Part shown: positions 26,265 to 40,560 of the stretch, piece after piece | How the letters are laid out: the number at the start of each line of letters is the position of its first letter | Position numbering within the stretch: the stretch's first letter is position 1 | DNA from: the human T2T-CHM13v2.0 reference genome, Homo sapiens | Strand: one strand, 5' to 3' | Assembly (NCBI RefSeq): GCF_009914755.1 | Contig: NC_060935.1 | Length of the DNA stretch: 64,000 nt | Program-made: the position numbers and the translations under genes | The notes under the pieces: model-generated | Database searches by the model: none | Seen by the model: only the letters and a program-made list of their open reading frames with translations | What the model was told of the DNA's origin: nothing

Positions 26265-26942
26265 AATTATTTTAATTTTTAAAATTATTGTTTTTAATTG
26301 ACAAATCATAATTGTATACATTTATGCGGTACAATATGATGTTTTGATAAGTGTATACAATATGGAATGATTAAATGCAACTAATTAACATGGCCATCAC
26401 TTCAGTTACCTGTTGTTTTCGGAAGTGAGATGTTTGAAATTTACTCTGTTATTTTGATGTATGCAATACATCATTACTAACTATATGCTTGCTGCTGTGC
26501 AATGTATCTCAAAAACTATTCTTCCTGTATAACTGAAACTAGGTACCCTTTGAGTAATATTTCCCCATTCTCTCTTTTCCATTTGCCTCAGCCTCTGGTA
26601 ACCAGCATTCTGTTCTCTTCTTCTACCAGTTAGACTTGTTTTCGAATCCCAATGTAAGTGGGATCGTGTGGCATTTGTCTTTCTGTGCATACCTGACTTC
26701 TTTCACTTAACATAGTGTCCTCCACGTTGTTGCAAATGGCAGGATTTCCTTCCTTTTTAAGGATTAAAGATAACAAGGAATAGCAAAAAATGTGAAGAAA
26801 GAGTACAACCAGTATATTGAAGAGATACCTGCACTTCCATGTTCACTGCAGCATTATTAAGAAAGCCAAGACAAAAGAATCAACCTAAGTGTCTATCAAC
26901 AGATGAATGAATGAAAAAACAAAAGTGGTATATATACACAAA
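26265..26942 (-). mobile_element. 5'-truncated L1MA (MA8-10-like) with twin-priming inversion, nested in an older L1ME fragment (~26020-27300)
   Basis: Antisense 3' end to ~26762, then a sense piece (~26770-26942) covering the immediately upstream L1 sequence. Confidence 0.8.
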
Positions 26943-29675
26943 GAACATGAGCCTTTTGAAGGGTCTTTGTATGTGGATATATAAATATATACTAAGTAGT
27001 ATATATTATATGTAATATATATTTATACTACATATAGTATTTACCAATCTCTGTATATATTATATATATTTATCAAACTATTAACGGAATGTTGCCAATT
27101 TACCCTCTATTACTAAAGTATGCAAATATTCCTTTCACTGAGATCGAAACAGCAAGGGATAGTTTCCCCAATTTAAGATGATATATACATAAATAAATAA
27201 TCTTAAATTTGCCCCAAATTTAATTTTTAGATTACTAGTAAAATTAAACATAGGTTTATGTTTACCGGCCATTGATATTTCTTCTAACTGGATCAACCTT
27301 TTGTTTCTTGTATTTTCATTAATTATCATGTACAGACTTGATACTTGGAACATAATTTTGCTTCAAAGAGTATTCCAGGCTTATCAATTACCTTTACATT
27401 TTAATATGATAAAGTTTATATTATTATACATACATAATATTTTTATACACATTTAAAACATTCTTCTTATTACTTCGAAAACAGGCATGTCTAAATTTTC
27501 TTTTTTTAATTTTTAATTATTACAAATACATGCTAGTTGCCCATATTTATGGGGTACATGTGATATTTTGATACAAGCATACAATGTGTAAGGATCAAAT
27601 CAGAGTAACTGGGGTCCCTGAAGCATTTATGATCTGTGTTAGAAACATTTCAATTCTACTCTTCTAGTTATTTTGAAATGTACAATAAGTTATTGTTAAC
27701 CATAGTTGTTTCATTGTACTACCCAAAAGCTATATTTTATTTCTTCTGTTATTTTTGTACCATTAACCATCCCCTCGTTTTTTCTCTCTCCCCACCGCCC
27801 TTCCCAGCCCCTGGTAACCATCATTTTACAATCTTCATGAGTTCATTTTTTTCTTCTGACTCCCACATGTTAGTGAGAACATGCCATATTCGTCTTACTG
27901 TGCCAGGCTTATTTCATTTAACATAATTTCCCCCAGTTCCATCCGTGTTGTCACAAATGACGGATTTCATTCTTTTCAGGGCTCAATAATATTCCATTAT
28001 GTATATATACCACATTTTTTTAATCCATTCATCCACTGATGGACACTTAGGTTGCTTCCAAATCTTGGCTATTGTGAATTGTGCTGCAATAAACATGGGA
28101 GTGTAGACATCTCATCAACATACTCATTTTCTTTCTTTTTGATAAATACCCAGCAATGGCATTGCTGCATCATGTAGTAGTTCTCTTTTTAGTTTTTTGA
28201 GAGACCTGTATACTGTTCTCCATCACGGCCATACTAATTTACTCTCCCACCAACAATGTGTGAATGTCCCTCTTTTTCTACATCCTCACCAGCATTAATT
28301 ATTGCCTGTCTTTGGGGTAAAGGTTATTTTAACTGGGGAGAGATGACATCTCATTGTAGTTTCCATTTGTATTTATCTGACGATTAGTGACATTGAGTAT
28401 TTTTTAGTATACTTGTTTTTCATTTGTACGTATTCTTTGAAGAAATGTCAGTTCAAATAATTTACCTATTTTTAACAAGATTATTTGATTTTTTAAAAAT
28501 TGGGTTGCTTGAGCTGCTCATATTTTCTGGTTATTAATCCTTTGTCAGATGAGTAGTTTGCAAATATTTTCTCCCATCTGTGGGTGATCTTTTGACTTTG
28601 TTGATTGTTTCCTTTGCTGTAGAGCTTTTTAGCTTGATGTAAGCTCAATTGTCTATTTTTGCTGTGGTTGCTTATGCTTTTGCAGTCTTACCAAAGAAAT
28701 CCTTGCCAAGAAAGATGCCCTGTAGTGTTCCATCAAAGCTTTTTCCTATTCATTTTACAATTTCAGGTCTTATATTTAAGTATTTAATTCATTTTGATTT
28801 GAATTTTGTATGTAGTGAAAGAACTAGGCCTAGTTTCATTCTTTTGCATATAGATATCCAGTTTTCCCACTACCATCTATTGGAGAGTTTGTCCCTTTCC
28901 CAGTGTAGGTTCTTGGCTCCTTTGTCAAAACTAAGTTGACTGTAAATGTGTGGAATTACGTATTGGTTCTTTATTCTACTCCATTTGCATGTGTTTCTAT
29001 GTCAGTACAATACTGTTTTAGTTATTATAGCTTTATATTATAATTTTAAGTTAGGTAATACAATGCCTCCAGTGTTGTTCTTTTTGCTCAAGATTTTTTT
29101 TTCCCTATTTGGAGTCCTTTGTGATTCCACATGAGTTTTAAAATTATTTTTTCTGTTTCTGTGAAATATGTTATTGATATTTTGATAGGGATTGCATTGA
29201 CTCTGTAGATTGCTTTGGGTTGTATGGACATTTTAACAATATTGACTTTCCTAATCCATGAACATGGAATATTTTTCTATTTTTTGAGTCCCCTTCAACA
29301 TTTGTAATTAAGCTTTTAAGATTTTCATTGTAGAGATCTTTCACTTCTTTGGTTAGGTTTACGCCTAGGTATTTTATTTTACGTGTAGCCTTTGTAAATG
29401 ATATTACTTTCTTCGTTTCTTTTTCAGATGATTCATTGTTGGCATTAGAAATGCTAGAGATTTTTGTATGTTGATTTTGTATCCTGCAATTTTACTGGAT
29501 TTATCAGTTCTAATAGTTCTTAGGTGAAATCTTTAGGATTTCCTAAACACAAGATCAACAATACAAAGAGGAACGATACAAACAGGAACAATTTGACTTT
29601 CCAGTGCTATGGATTTCCAGTACTATGTTAAGTAACAGTGATAAAAATGGGCATTCTTTTCATGTTCCAGTTCTT

Positions 29676-30008
29676 GTTTTTTTGTTTGTTTGTTTTGTGT
29701 GTGTGTGTTTTTTTTGTTTTTTTTTTTTTTGAGTCAGAGTCTCACTCTGTTTCCCAGGCTGGAGTGCAGTGGCACAATCTCGGCTCACTGAAACCTCGGC
29801 CTCCCAGGTTCAAGCGATTCTCCTGCCTCAGCCTCTCAAGTGAGATTATAGGCACGTACCCCCACACCTGGCTAATTTTTGTATTTTTAGTAGAGACGGA
29901 GTTTTGCAATGTTGGCCAGGCTGATCTTGAACTCCTGACCTCAGGTGATCTGCCCACCTCAGCCTCTCAAAGTGATGGGATTACAGGTGTGAGCCACTGT
30001 GCCCGGCT
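29676..30008 (-). mobile_element. AluS inserted in L1
   Basis: 14-bp TSD ATGTTCCAGTTCTT (29662-29675 and 30010-30023). Confidence 0.96.
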
Positions 30009-31013
30009 TATGTTCCAGTTCTTAGAGGAAAGGCTTTCAGCTTTTCTTCATTCTATATGATATTCGTGGTGGATTTGTCATATATGGCCTTCATCATGTT
30101 GAGGTATGTTCCTTCTATACCTAGCTTTTGGATAATTTCTTTTTTCTTTAATAATGAAGAGATGTGAGATTCTATCAAATGCTTTTCTAGTGTCCATTGA
30201 AATGATCATATGGTTTTCATCCTTCATGCTGTTGATGGGAAGTAGCATGTTTATTAATTCATGTATGTCGAATCATCCTTGCATCCCTGGGATAAATCCC
30301 ACTTGATTATGATAATGGTCTTTTTAATGTGTTGTTGAATTGTGTTTGCTAGTATTTTGTTGAGAATTTTTGCAGCTAAGTTCATCAGAGATATTCAGCT
30401 ATAGTTTTTTGTTTTTGTGGTTATGTCTGTGTCTGGTTTCAGAAAATAGATCTAAAGACAAAAACTATAGAAAGAGATGCAGAGGGTTATTATATAATAA
30501 AAAAGGGATCTTTGCAGCAGGAGGATATAACCATTGTAAATACATATACACCCAATACTGGAGCACTCAGATGTATAAAGAAAATATTATTAGAGCTAAA
30601 GAGAGAGATAGACCCCAGCTACAATAATAGCTGTGGATTTCAACACTCCATTTTTATTATTGGAAAGATCTTCTAGACAGAAAATCAACAAAGAATTATC
30701 AGATTTAATGTTATATTATCAGATGAAATGTTAGAGAACATTTTATCTAGCAGTTGTAGAATACACAATTTTCTCCTCAATACATGGAACAGTCTTAGAG
30801 ATAAACCAAATATTAGGCCACAAAACAAGTCTCAAGAAATTCAAAAAAATCCAAGTCACATCAAATATCTTTACTGATCACAGTGGAATAAAGCTAGAAG
30901 TCAATAACAAGAGGAACTCTGGAATACAAACACATGGAAATTAAACGATATACTCCAAATGACCATTGGGTCAATGAAGAAATTAAGAAGAAATTTTTAA
31001 AAATACTTGAAAC

Positions 31014-31306
<293 letters not shown>

Positions 31307-32087
31307 TTATATAGCAATACATGCCTACATTTAAAAAGGAGAAAAATTTCAAATAAGTAACCTAGCAATGCATCTGAAAGAACTAGAAAAGCAAGAGCAA
31401 ACCAGATCCAAAATTAGTAGAAGAAAAGAAACAGTAAAGATCAGAGCAGAAATGAATAAAATGGAAACTAAAAACAAAAGTAAAAGATGATAATAAAAGT
31501 TAGTTTTTTGAAAGTATAAAATTGACCAACTTTAGCCAAATTAAGAAAGAAGGAAAGACCCACATAAGTAGTGAGAGATCAAAGAGGAGACTCATAATTG
31601 ATACCACAGAAATTCAAAGGATTATTAGAAATTCTTATGAGGAACTATGTGCCAATAAATTTGGTAAACATAGAAGAGATGGATTAATTCCTAGACATAT
31701 AAAATCTACCACGATTGAGCCATGAAGAAATCCAAAACCTGAATGGTCCTATAGCAAATAATGAGATAGGAAAAGGTCACAAAAATGTCCTTTCCAAGAA
31801 AAACCTTGTGAACTTGATGGCCGAACTGCTAAACTCTAACAAACATTTGAAGAATAATTAATATCAATCTTGTTCAAACTATTCCAAAAAACTGAGGAAG
31901 ATAAAATACTTCCAAAGTCATTCTAAGTTTTATTTTATTAACTACTTTATTTCTTCTACACTCAAAAGTTCTTTGGTAATACTATGTCTGTTAATACTAG
32001 ATCTGTTAAAAATATGCTTATAGTTTCTTTTACTTTTTCAGTTCTTCACTATTTTATCTTTTATATTTTACTTTTTAATATACCTGA

Positions 32088-32482
<395 letters not shown>

Positions 32483-33099
32483 TAGGACATATTCATCTAC
32501 CAGTTTCAGGAGTATAAAATCTTATATCTATACTTAAAAGAAGTTTTGAAACATATGTTTGGAACCTTAAAGTATCTATGTATTTTATAATGCAATTTTA
32601 TGCCTAGTAATATATTACAAAGAATTAACACACATTGTGTGTTAGTCACACAATGTTGTTCTTTATAACATATTACCTATTTTGTAATTGCATAGAGCTT
32701 AAATGTCCAACAGACAGGCATATTAAAGCTACATAAAAATAACAAGAATGTTCAATTGTTAAAAACAATGCTTTCAAAGAATATCATTTTGTAGTTTTAT
32801 GCCTAATGACAATACTTTCAGAGATTTCACTATTTTCATAGACAGTCTCATAATATTCTTATAAAGGAGATATGACCAGCTACCTGACACATAGTAAGGG
32901 CTCTCTAAGTAGTAACTATTATTATTATTATTGACTTTAAAAAATCTATCGTCTTCACGTGCAACTCAAAAATTTCTATCAGGAATACTATTTTTCCCCA
33001 AATACTTTCCACAACATTTGTCAAAATGGCTAGAACCTATTTAAGACTCATTTCTTTATGATTTGATCTTTCAATTTCAAAAATTCTCAACCAACATAC

Positions 33100-33163
33100 A
33101 AAATAAAATAAAATAAAATAAAATAAAATAAAATAAAATAAAATAAAATAAAATAAAATAAAA
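33100..33163. repeat. Perfect (AAAAT)~12 microsatellite
   Basis: Directly visible. Confidence 0.97.
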
Positions 33164-34587
33164 GCAATGCCTCATTCAGGAACCCATATATCCCACTCTC
33201 CTGCCCTATCTTTCTCAACCTACCTAGTTGTCTGCCAGGGAAGTAATCTTTATGAAAAAAAATTGAAGAACGGCAAAAAGGCAGGAAGAAAGCATTAGAT
33301 TATTTGAGCAGTTGTTATTGATATACATTTTTATTAAAACCAAAATATCTGTATGAATTTGTTAAAAGATGGAATAGATCATACAGGCATTCTCCTACAT
33401 AATTTGGGACATTTGGTTAGAAAAAAATGAGAAGTATAAGTTTAAGAGGCTTCCAGCTGCTGTCTTAGCTGAACTTGCCTATCGTGTTCTCCAGCTGAGC
33501 TGAAAGTCAAAGACAGAGGTTAAGGTAGAGCAGTAAACCAAGGAGGGCACTAGAGCACAGGGGAGAATGCTGACAGAGGCTTCCTATCATTCACAATCTC
33601 TTCAACTTGCAAATAGGCATCAAACCAAATTCCAGTTAGCTTCCACTGTGCCTAGCAGAGTGCTAAAGACCTAGAGGCTGCTCCTGAAGTGGTAACCTGA
33701 AGAATGAATTGCTATTTATAAAGAAAGCATGTAATTAAGTACTTTAGCTTCCAAGCACAATAAGCTACTTTTCAATGGACAGATAATAGCTGCCAAGTGA
33801 TTGTTCCCTCCACACACACCCCCATCCCTTGAAACCCCTCACACCCCCTGCCAAAATTTACCTGTAACACCTGCTAGAAAAAACACATTTTTGAAGCATG
33901 TTTTAAATCTTCAAAACAGATATATTCTGGACATTTAAATGCTCTTTTTTACTTTTTACTTTTTTGGTTGCATACACACACCACATAAAAATAAGTTCAA
34001 GCAATTAAGCCTAATAAAAAGGCCTTTTCAAGAAAAAAATAGATAATTGAAAACACAGCAAGCTATTTATTTTGTTTTATTTTGCTTTAATTATAAGGAT
34101 AAATACTTTTGTTTCAATCTTTATTACAGAGAATAGAATCACTAAGTCGAAGATGTTTCTATGAGTCTGACAACATGTATTTAAGAAAACTTTTATAAAA
34201 TAGTAATAATCTTCCCTGTGTTTGATTTTTCTAAAGGAGGTTAATGATGATGATTACACAATCATGATAGTGAAGCCACCAGTCCTCCTCTACACACCAT
34301 CAGCACTTTAATGGCAAATCGATTTGTAACCAGTTAATAGTTGTAAAGTTTATTGCACGTCTCTGTTGACTTCTCAAGTATATAGGCTATTAAAAATAGG
34401 GCATGGGTCTTCTGAACTATAGAAGTATTAAATTGATACTAACAGAATGCCAAGATGTGATAAAACATTCATATATATATGTGTGTGTGTGTATGTATAT
34501 ATGAAGGTTTTATATATATAATCTTCAGTCAAAGAGACTGTCTTGAATAAAATTTATATGAGAAAAATATCTCTTTTTAAATATATT

Positions 34588-34720
34588 GGCCCATTTGTAA
34601 TCTGAAGCACAGAAAGGACAAGCAACTTGATCAATGTACCACAGTTATTAAGATGCAGGAATGGGATTTAAACAGAGATATGTCATACTTCTAGTTCATA
34701 TATTTAAACTCTACCTTATG
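34588..34720 (-). mobile_element. MIR fragment
   Basis: CTGAAGCACAGAAAGG...AACTTGATCAATG...GGGATTTAAAC. Confidence 0.55.
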
Positions 34721-35165
34721 AATAGTTATATATAAATGTACAAGCATAAACCATCTTTCTTCTTTTTTCTTGCTGTTATTTTAAACTTCTTCAACAGGCA
34801 AGCTGTTTTCTTACTCCTGGATGAAATCTCAGACTAATCTGAGTCTTTCCAGTCATAAATGTTAAACATTTCTCAGGATGCCTCTCGTCCAAACAATAGT
34901 TTTATGCCATTAATCAAAATGTTCAATATGGTATAATCATCAAATCTTGAAACTTAGCCAGCTCTTTCCTTATTGCCTCTGGTCTATGAGATACAGCAAT
35001 CTGGGCCTGGTCCTCAGAAGAAGTACACCTGCCTTACAAGGCACCGCCACTCTTCTTTCACTACCAGCCGCAAGGCTGAGGCACCGTCTACTGTTTCTGA
35101 GTTTTTCATGTATGAGTCAAACACCAGTCCCATATATTCCTCCAAGCTTCCTGGTTCAAATATTG

Positions 35166-36186
35166 AGATCAACTTTTAGTTTTTTAAGGAGTCTCCACAC
35201 TGTTTTCCATAGCGGCTGCCCTAGTTTACATTCCCACTAGCAGTGTAGAAGTGTTCCACACCAACATCTACTACTTTTTGATTCTTTGATTATGGTCATT
35301 CTTACAGGAATAAGGTGGTATTGCATTGTGGTATTGATTTGCATTTCCCTGATCATTAGTGATGTTGAGCATTTTTTTCATGTTTCTTGGTCATTTGTAT
35401 ATCTTCTTTTGAGATTGTCTATTCATGTCCTTAGCCCACTCTTTGATGGGATTGATTTGTTTTTTTCTTACTGATTTGCATGAGTTTGTTATAGATTCTG
35501 GATATTAGTCCTTTGTCAGATGTATAGACTATGAAGATTTTCTCCTACTCTGTGGCTTGTCTCTTTACTCTGCTGACTCTTCCTTTTGCCGTGCAAAAGC
35601 TCTTTAGCTTAACTAGGTCTCAGCTATTAGTAGAACTACCATTTGATCTGTGAATCCCACTACTGGGTATCTATCCAGAGGGAAAAAAAATCAGTAATCG
35701 AAAAAGATACTTGCACATGCATGTTTATAGCAGCACAATTCACAATTGCAAAATCGTGGAACCAACCCCAATGCCCATCAATCAATGAGTGTATAAAGAA
35801 ACTCTGATAAAAGTTTCTTTACCCTACTCAGCCATATAAAGGAATGAATTAAGAGTATTGGCAGTGACCTGGATGAGATTGGAGACTATGATTCTAAGTG
35901 AAGTAACTCAGGAATGGAAAACCAAACATTGTATATTCTCACTGATATGTGGAAGCTAAGCTCCTTTGCATGAGGATGCAAAGGCTTAAGAATGATACAA
36001 TGGACTTTGGGGACTTGGGGGGAAGAGTGGGCGGGGGGCAATGGATAAATGACAACAAATATGGTGCAGTGTATACTGCTTGGGTGATGGGGCACCAGCT
36101 TCTCACGAATTTCCACTTAAGAACTTACTTATGTAACCAAATACCACCTGAACTCCAATAACTTACAGAAAAATAAAATTAAAAAA
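35166..36186 (+). mobile_element. L1PB (PB1-like) 3' end with twin-priming inversion (antisense 35166-35628; sense 35629-36186)
   Basis: L1PB-type 3' UTR (GAATGATACAATGGACTTTGGGGAC), an A-rich tail and a degenerate TSD ATTGAG(A/C)TCA. Confidence 0.9.
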
Positions 36187-36207
36187 CAATTGAGCTCATC
36201 GATTATT

Positions 36208-37120
36208 TTTTCAACATATATTTGCTCAGTATCTACCATTTGGGAGCCATTGCTATTGAACCATGAACAAGACAGACAAAAATATTAGTTCTTATAAATA
36301 GGTTAATCAAACCAGGACATTTTTGAGAGTAAAAGTGAAGTGAAAGTGAAAGAGAATGTTCTTTATAATTGTATCATGACATCAGGCATAAACCAACCAG
36401 AACACATGGTCACCTACAGACAGGAAATTACACGACATGTGATTAATGTTATTTTTAACTGTACTATAGGCTAAGAGAGATGGAAAGAGCCAGGATGAGT
36501 ATAGAGCTTGTCATTTTAAACATGGCAGTCAGGGAAAGTCTCACTGTAGAGGGAATATCTGAACAAACACTCTTAGGAGGGAAGGAAGTGAGCCATGTGG
36601 ATAAAAGAGATAAGAGCATGCAGGAATTAAATGAAGGGTCCATTGTGGGTGTGTGCTTCCCATGTTTAAGGCAAAGGGCAGGAAAGCAGAGTGACTAAGG
36701 AACTTCAAGTGAACAAGGGAAGGTCTTGGATCAGTGAGGCAAGAGAGAGAGGCAAATATTTAAGGCTTCATAGGTATATGTAGATTGTTGGCTTCTGCTC
36801 TGAGTGAGATAGAAGCACATGGTTTTTGAGCAAAACAATGACATATTCTGACATGTTTTAAAAGGGCCTAATTGGCTTTTGTGTTGATATAAATTATGTG
36901 AGTAAGTTTGGAATCAGAAAAATCAGATGAGGCTTTTGCAGGAACCCAGGTGAGAGATGATAATGGCAGTCTTGGGGAGGCAGCATGATGAGGAGAAATG
37001 ATCAGATACTGGCTATCTTTTGTATATGTTTCTATCAGAATATCCTTATGGAATACAGGCAGGATATGCAAGGGAAAATGAAGACAAACTTGGAGGGATA
37101 TCATTGATGGTTTCCTCAAA
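36208..37120 (-). mobile_element. L2 remnant, interrupted by MER94
   Basis: GAAGGAAGTGAGCCATGTGGAT and GAACCCAGGTGAGAGATGAT are typical antisense L2 segments. Confidence 0.75.
36299..36417 (+). mobile_element. MER94-like hAT MITE
   Basis: CAAACCAGGACATTTTTGAGAGT...CAGGCATAAACC...ATGGTCACCTA. Confidence 0.6.
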
Positions 37121-37479
37121 GTTCCTCTCAGTTTATTTGAAATGAGAAGGGATACTTTGCAGGGTATGGGAGAGAGAAGGGAAAACACCACCACACTCTA
37201 GCAAATTTCTTCAAATAGATTTCCCCTCTAAACCTCTTTAACTTTAATCATTTTATAATGGTGAAGAAGATATTGGGATGAGGGTCATAATATTGACGCT
37301 GTGAAAGTACTACGCAGATGCAGTGGCACCTAATTTTGGAATACAAGAGTATTAGTCCACTATTATTTGATTATCGTCCTTTTGGTAACTCAGCTAAATA
37401 GACAAATACATAAGCATGTAAACATGTACAAATGCACACACAGACACACACACACAACAAAATCAAGATCATATCTCTG

Positions 37480-37880
37480 ATATAAATTTTAATGCTTTTT
37501 ATTTGTACCATCATGTCATTAAATACTTTTGAAAGCCTGAGTCTTTCACTGTTGCATTATTGTATAATGTTGCTGAAATACATATTTAATTATTTTCCCT
37601 CCATTAGGCATTTAGAATTCTATATTTTGCTATGATAAACTTTCCTGTGTATTAATCTCTGTATCCATATCTGAATATTTTCTTAAGAATTCTTTCTAGA
37701 CATAATATTAGACCAATACAAAACATTATTATAGTGCTTGATACAGTTTACATAACTAATGTTCAGAAAAGTAATTCCAATTTATATTCTCAACAGCAAT
37801 ATATTAGTAGTTTATTTCATTGTCATATTAGCATCACTGGGTATTATCTTTTCTTAAAACTTGGCATTTGCTTGCATTTT
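37480..37880 (-). mobile_element. Ancient L1ME 3' fragment
   Basis: TCCAATTTATATTCTCAACAGCAAT motif and surrounding antisense L1 3' sequence. Confidence 0.5.
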
Positions 37881-40309
37881 TTTTTCATATTCAAGCTGGT
37901 TCACTGAGGTATAGCAATGAAAACCTACAGCTGTATGGTATGTTATTATAAGTTAAAATATATATTAAGTAGAGCTAATAGGTAAGTAAACTTAAAATAT
38001 GTATAGATGTAGCAATGTATAAAGATAGGTACAATACATATATCATTTTTAATATCCTTTCCAGACTTAAAATTCCATGCTCCATGATATATTAAGGAAA
38101 AAGTATAAACTGTTCATCTCAGATAAAATCCTATATGATGCTAATTCTTGACAAAGGCCAAGATTTAAGTATAGCTAGGCACAGTCATGTTGTTCATTTT
38201 AAAGCAAGATCAACTCTCCATTAAGAAATGTAATTTCTGAGCAGATTTCAATGAATTTAGTTTTATTTATCTTCCTTGGAGGAAAACCTAACATTTCAAA
38301 TATAGGTAAAAACCAGACAAAATGAGGAAATAATTACTGACATACTCAGAGGAATAGTTAGAGATAGCTGAAGGATTTGGAATTTTAACCATCTAGATTA
38401 AAAAAACAAAGGCATTGGAGAGGGATTCCTCTTTCTTTTTTGAAAAAAATCACTGAAAAATTACCAATACTATAGTATTATTACTATTATTATTATTTCT
38501 CAAAACCTTATCAATTCTGGTCTTTCCTGGTCTTTGGAGACTTCCTCATATCAATGGCTATTCATTTGCCACAAGTACTTATTTCTGCTGATTGGAGGTA
38601 TATTCTTTTGTTTCCAGGGGATTTAGTTTCCACTGTTGCACTAAGGTCCACATTTCCCCACTTTTCATAGCTTATTTTTTTCTTCTAGAAGAATATTTTT
38701 TTAAATAATATGATACATCAAGGTGAAGCAGTGACATTTTAAACAAACAAGGATACATGAAATCTTTCCATAGAATTGGGTGGGAGGGTAATTTGCTTTA
38801 GTTCACTGTCACTCTGGATGCTAGGAATAAGAACCATCATCATTTTTTTCCTCTGTGAGCATCAAGTAGGAAGAGGAGAAATTTTAGTTATAAGTTAGTA
38901 AAGTGTTAGGATTTAAATTTTATTTAGAAATTAAAACTTCTCCAGGGAAATACTTTTCATTTGTTTTGTTCGGCATCTTGCGGAAGTCCTGAATTCAGAG
39001 ATGCTATTACATTTACCAAGTTTGCTTCTTCGGGTCAGTTGCAATGTGGTTTAGAAGGAATTTATTTTTTCCTATCCTCCCCATAGATTTCTCAATAGAA
39101 TAATTTTCTAAGGGATACCTGGTTCATTTTGGGAATTTTTGGAAATTTTTCTTATTGTTTTTTTAAAATATTCACAATCTAAAATTTCTGACAAAATTTA
39201 AAATACACTACCAGAACCAGCATTGTATAATAATGATTTATTACTATGTAATAAACAACCACCTTTAGACTGGCCATGAAAATAAAACCAACACAAATAT
39301 AGTAGATCCCCATTTTCTAAAGAAATATATCTTTATTGACTTTTTCCATTTTCTTACAAAGCAGTTAAAAACTCATTCTTACCCTCACATGCTATTTAAT
39401 GCTGTGATGGCTGCCTCCTTATGAGACTGTTAGTGGAGCTCTAGTAAGTTTCCTCAAACAAGTCTTGTAAGTGCAATGCTTCTTACGAAGTCATTATCAG
39501 GACTAAAAGAACATACCGTGAACCTGGAGATGTATAGGGACCTTCTGCACAAGCTCTGTGTTAAGATTGACAATAATAGTGGGAACATTTTCATTTTAGT
39601 CTTTTATAACAGTCGACCACAGGCATTTAAGTCAGCCAAAGGATATTGTTACCTTAAAGCACTATTTTATTTATATATTTATCTAGTGCATCTACATCTT
39701 ATAGCTTATTTTTAATAAGCAATTATTTTTAAAAGGCTGTCAATTAATTAGAGCTTATTATGTGATCAATATATAAAATGGGTTCAATAAGTGCATCACC
39801 AGAAATACTTTGTCTCAAGCATTATTGCCCTCATTTTAAACACAAGTCATTTGAGACTTTAATAAAAGAATTATATACTAGTTTTAATTAATTGAGAAAG
39901 TAGGCTGAGGTCCCAACATTGAAGTCAAATTATGTGTCCTCAGTCACACAGCTAGTCATGGGAAGCATGCGATCTATATCTGTTCCAGGGTTGAAAATAT
40001 AACGTCACATTGCAAATCGCCTCCCATTAAATTATTTCTCTGTGAGTTCTGATGCCTGTGAAATGTCAATTTTAACATTTTAAATCAGGAAATCTAGAAA
40101 TTATCTGGGTAAGAAACAGGAATTACAACATTTTAGGTGGGAATTTTTGCCTACACTTAACTGAATCTAAAAGTAGATTTGGAGTGGGGATGAAGGGTAC
40201 ATCTCAACTGAATTTTGTTACTGTCATGTTTTATATGTTTTATTTTGAGTGTGAATAAGATGCCTATTATCTGAAAATTATATAAATTCAAGAGCCATTA
40301 AATCAGACA

Positions 40310-40560
40310 CATCATTCATTCACAGATCTATTTGATAATATTTATTGAACACTGTGTAAATACAATTAGGTGCAAGAAAATGTGCCAGGTGCTATCGAAA
40401 TTACAAAGATGGAAAATATAAATCCTGATCTTAAGGAATTTGAAATCTACTAGTGGAGACAAAGCATGTACAAATGATGAGCTCTAAAGCAGAATATACA
40501 TTTAAGTACAAAGCTGATAGTTCTGAAGTGTGGTTGTCAACAAAGTGGTTAGGGGAAAAA
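40310..40560 (-). mobile_element. L2 3'-end fragment
   Basis: ATTCATTCAC...TATTTATTGAACAC...TGTGCCAGGTGCT...CCTGATCTTAAGGAATTT. Confidence 0.6.
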
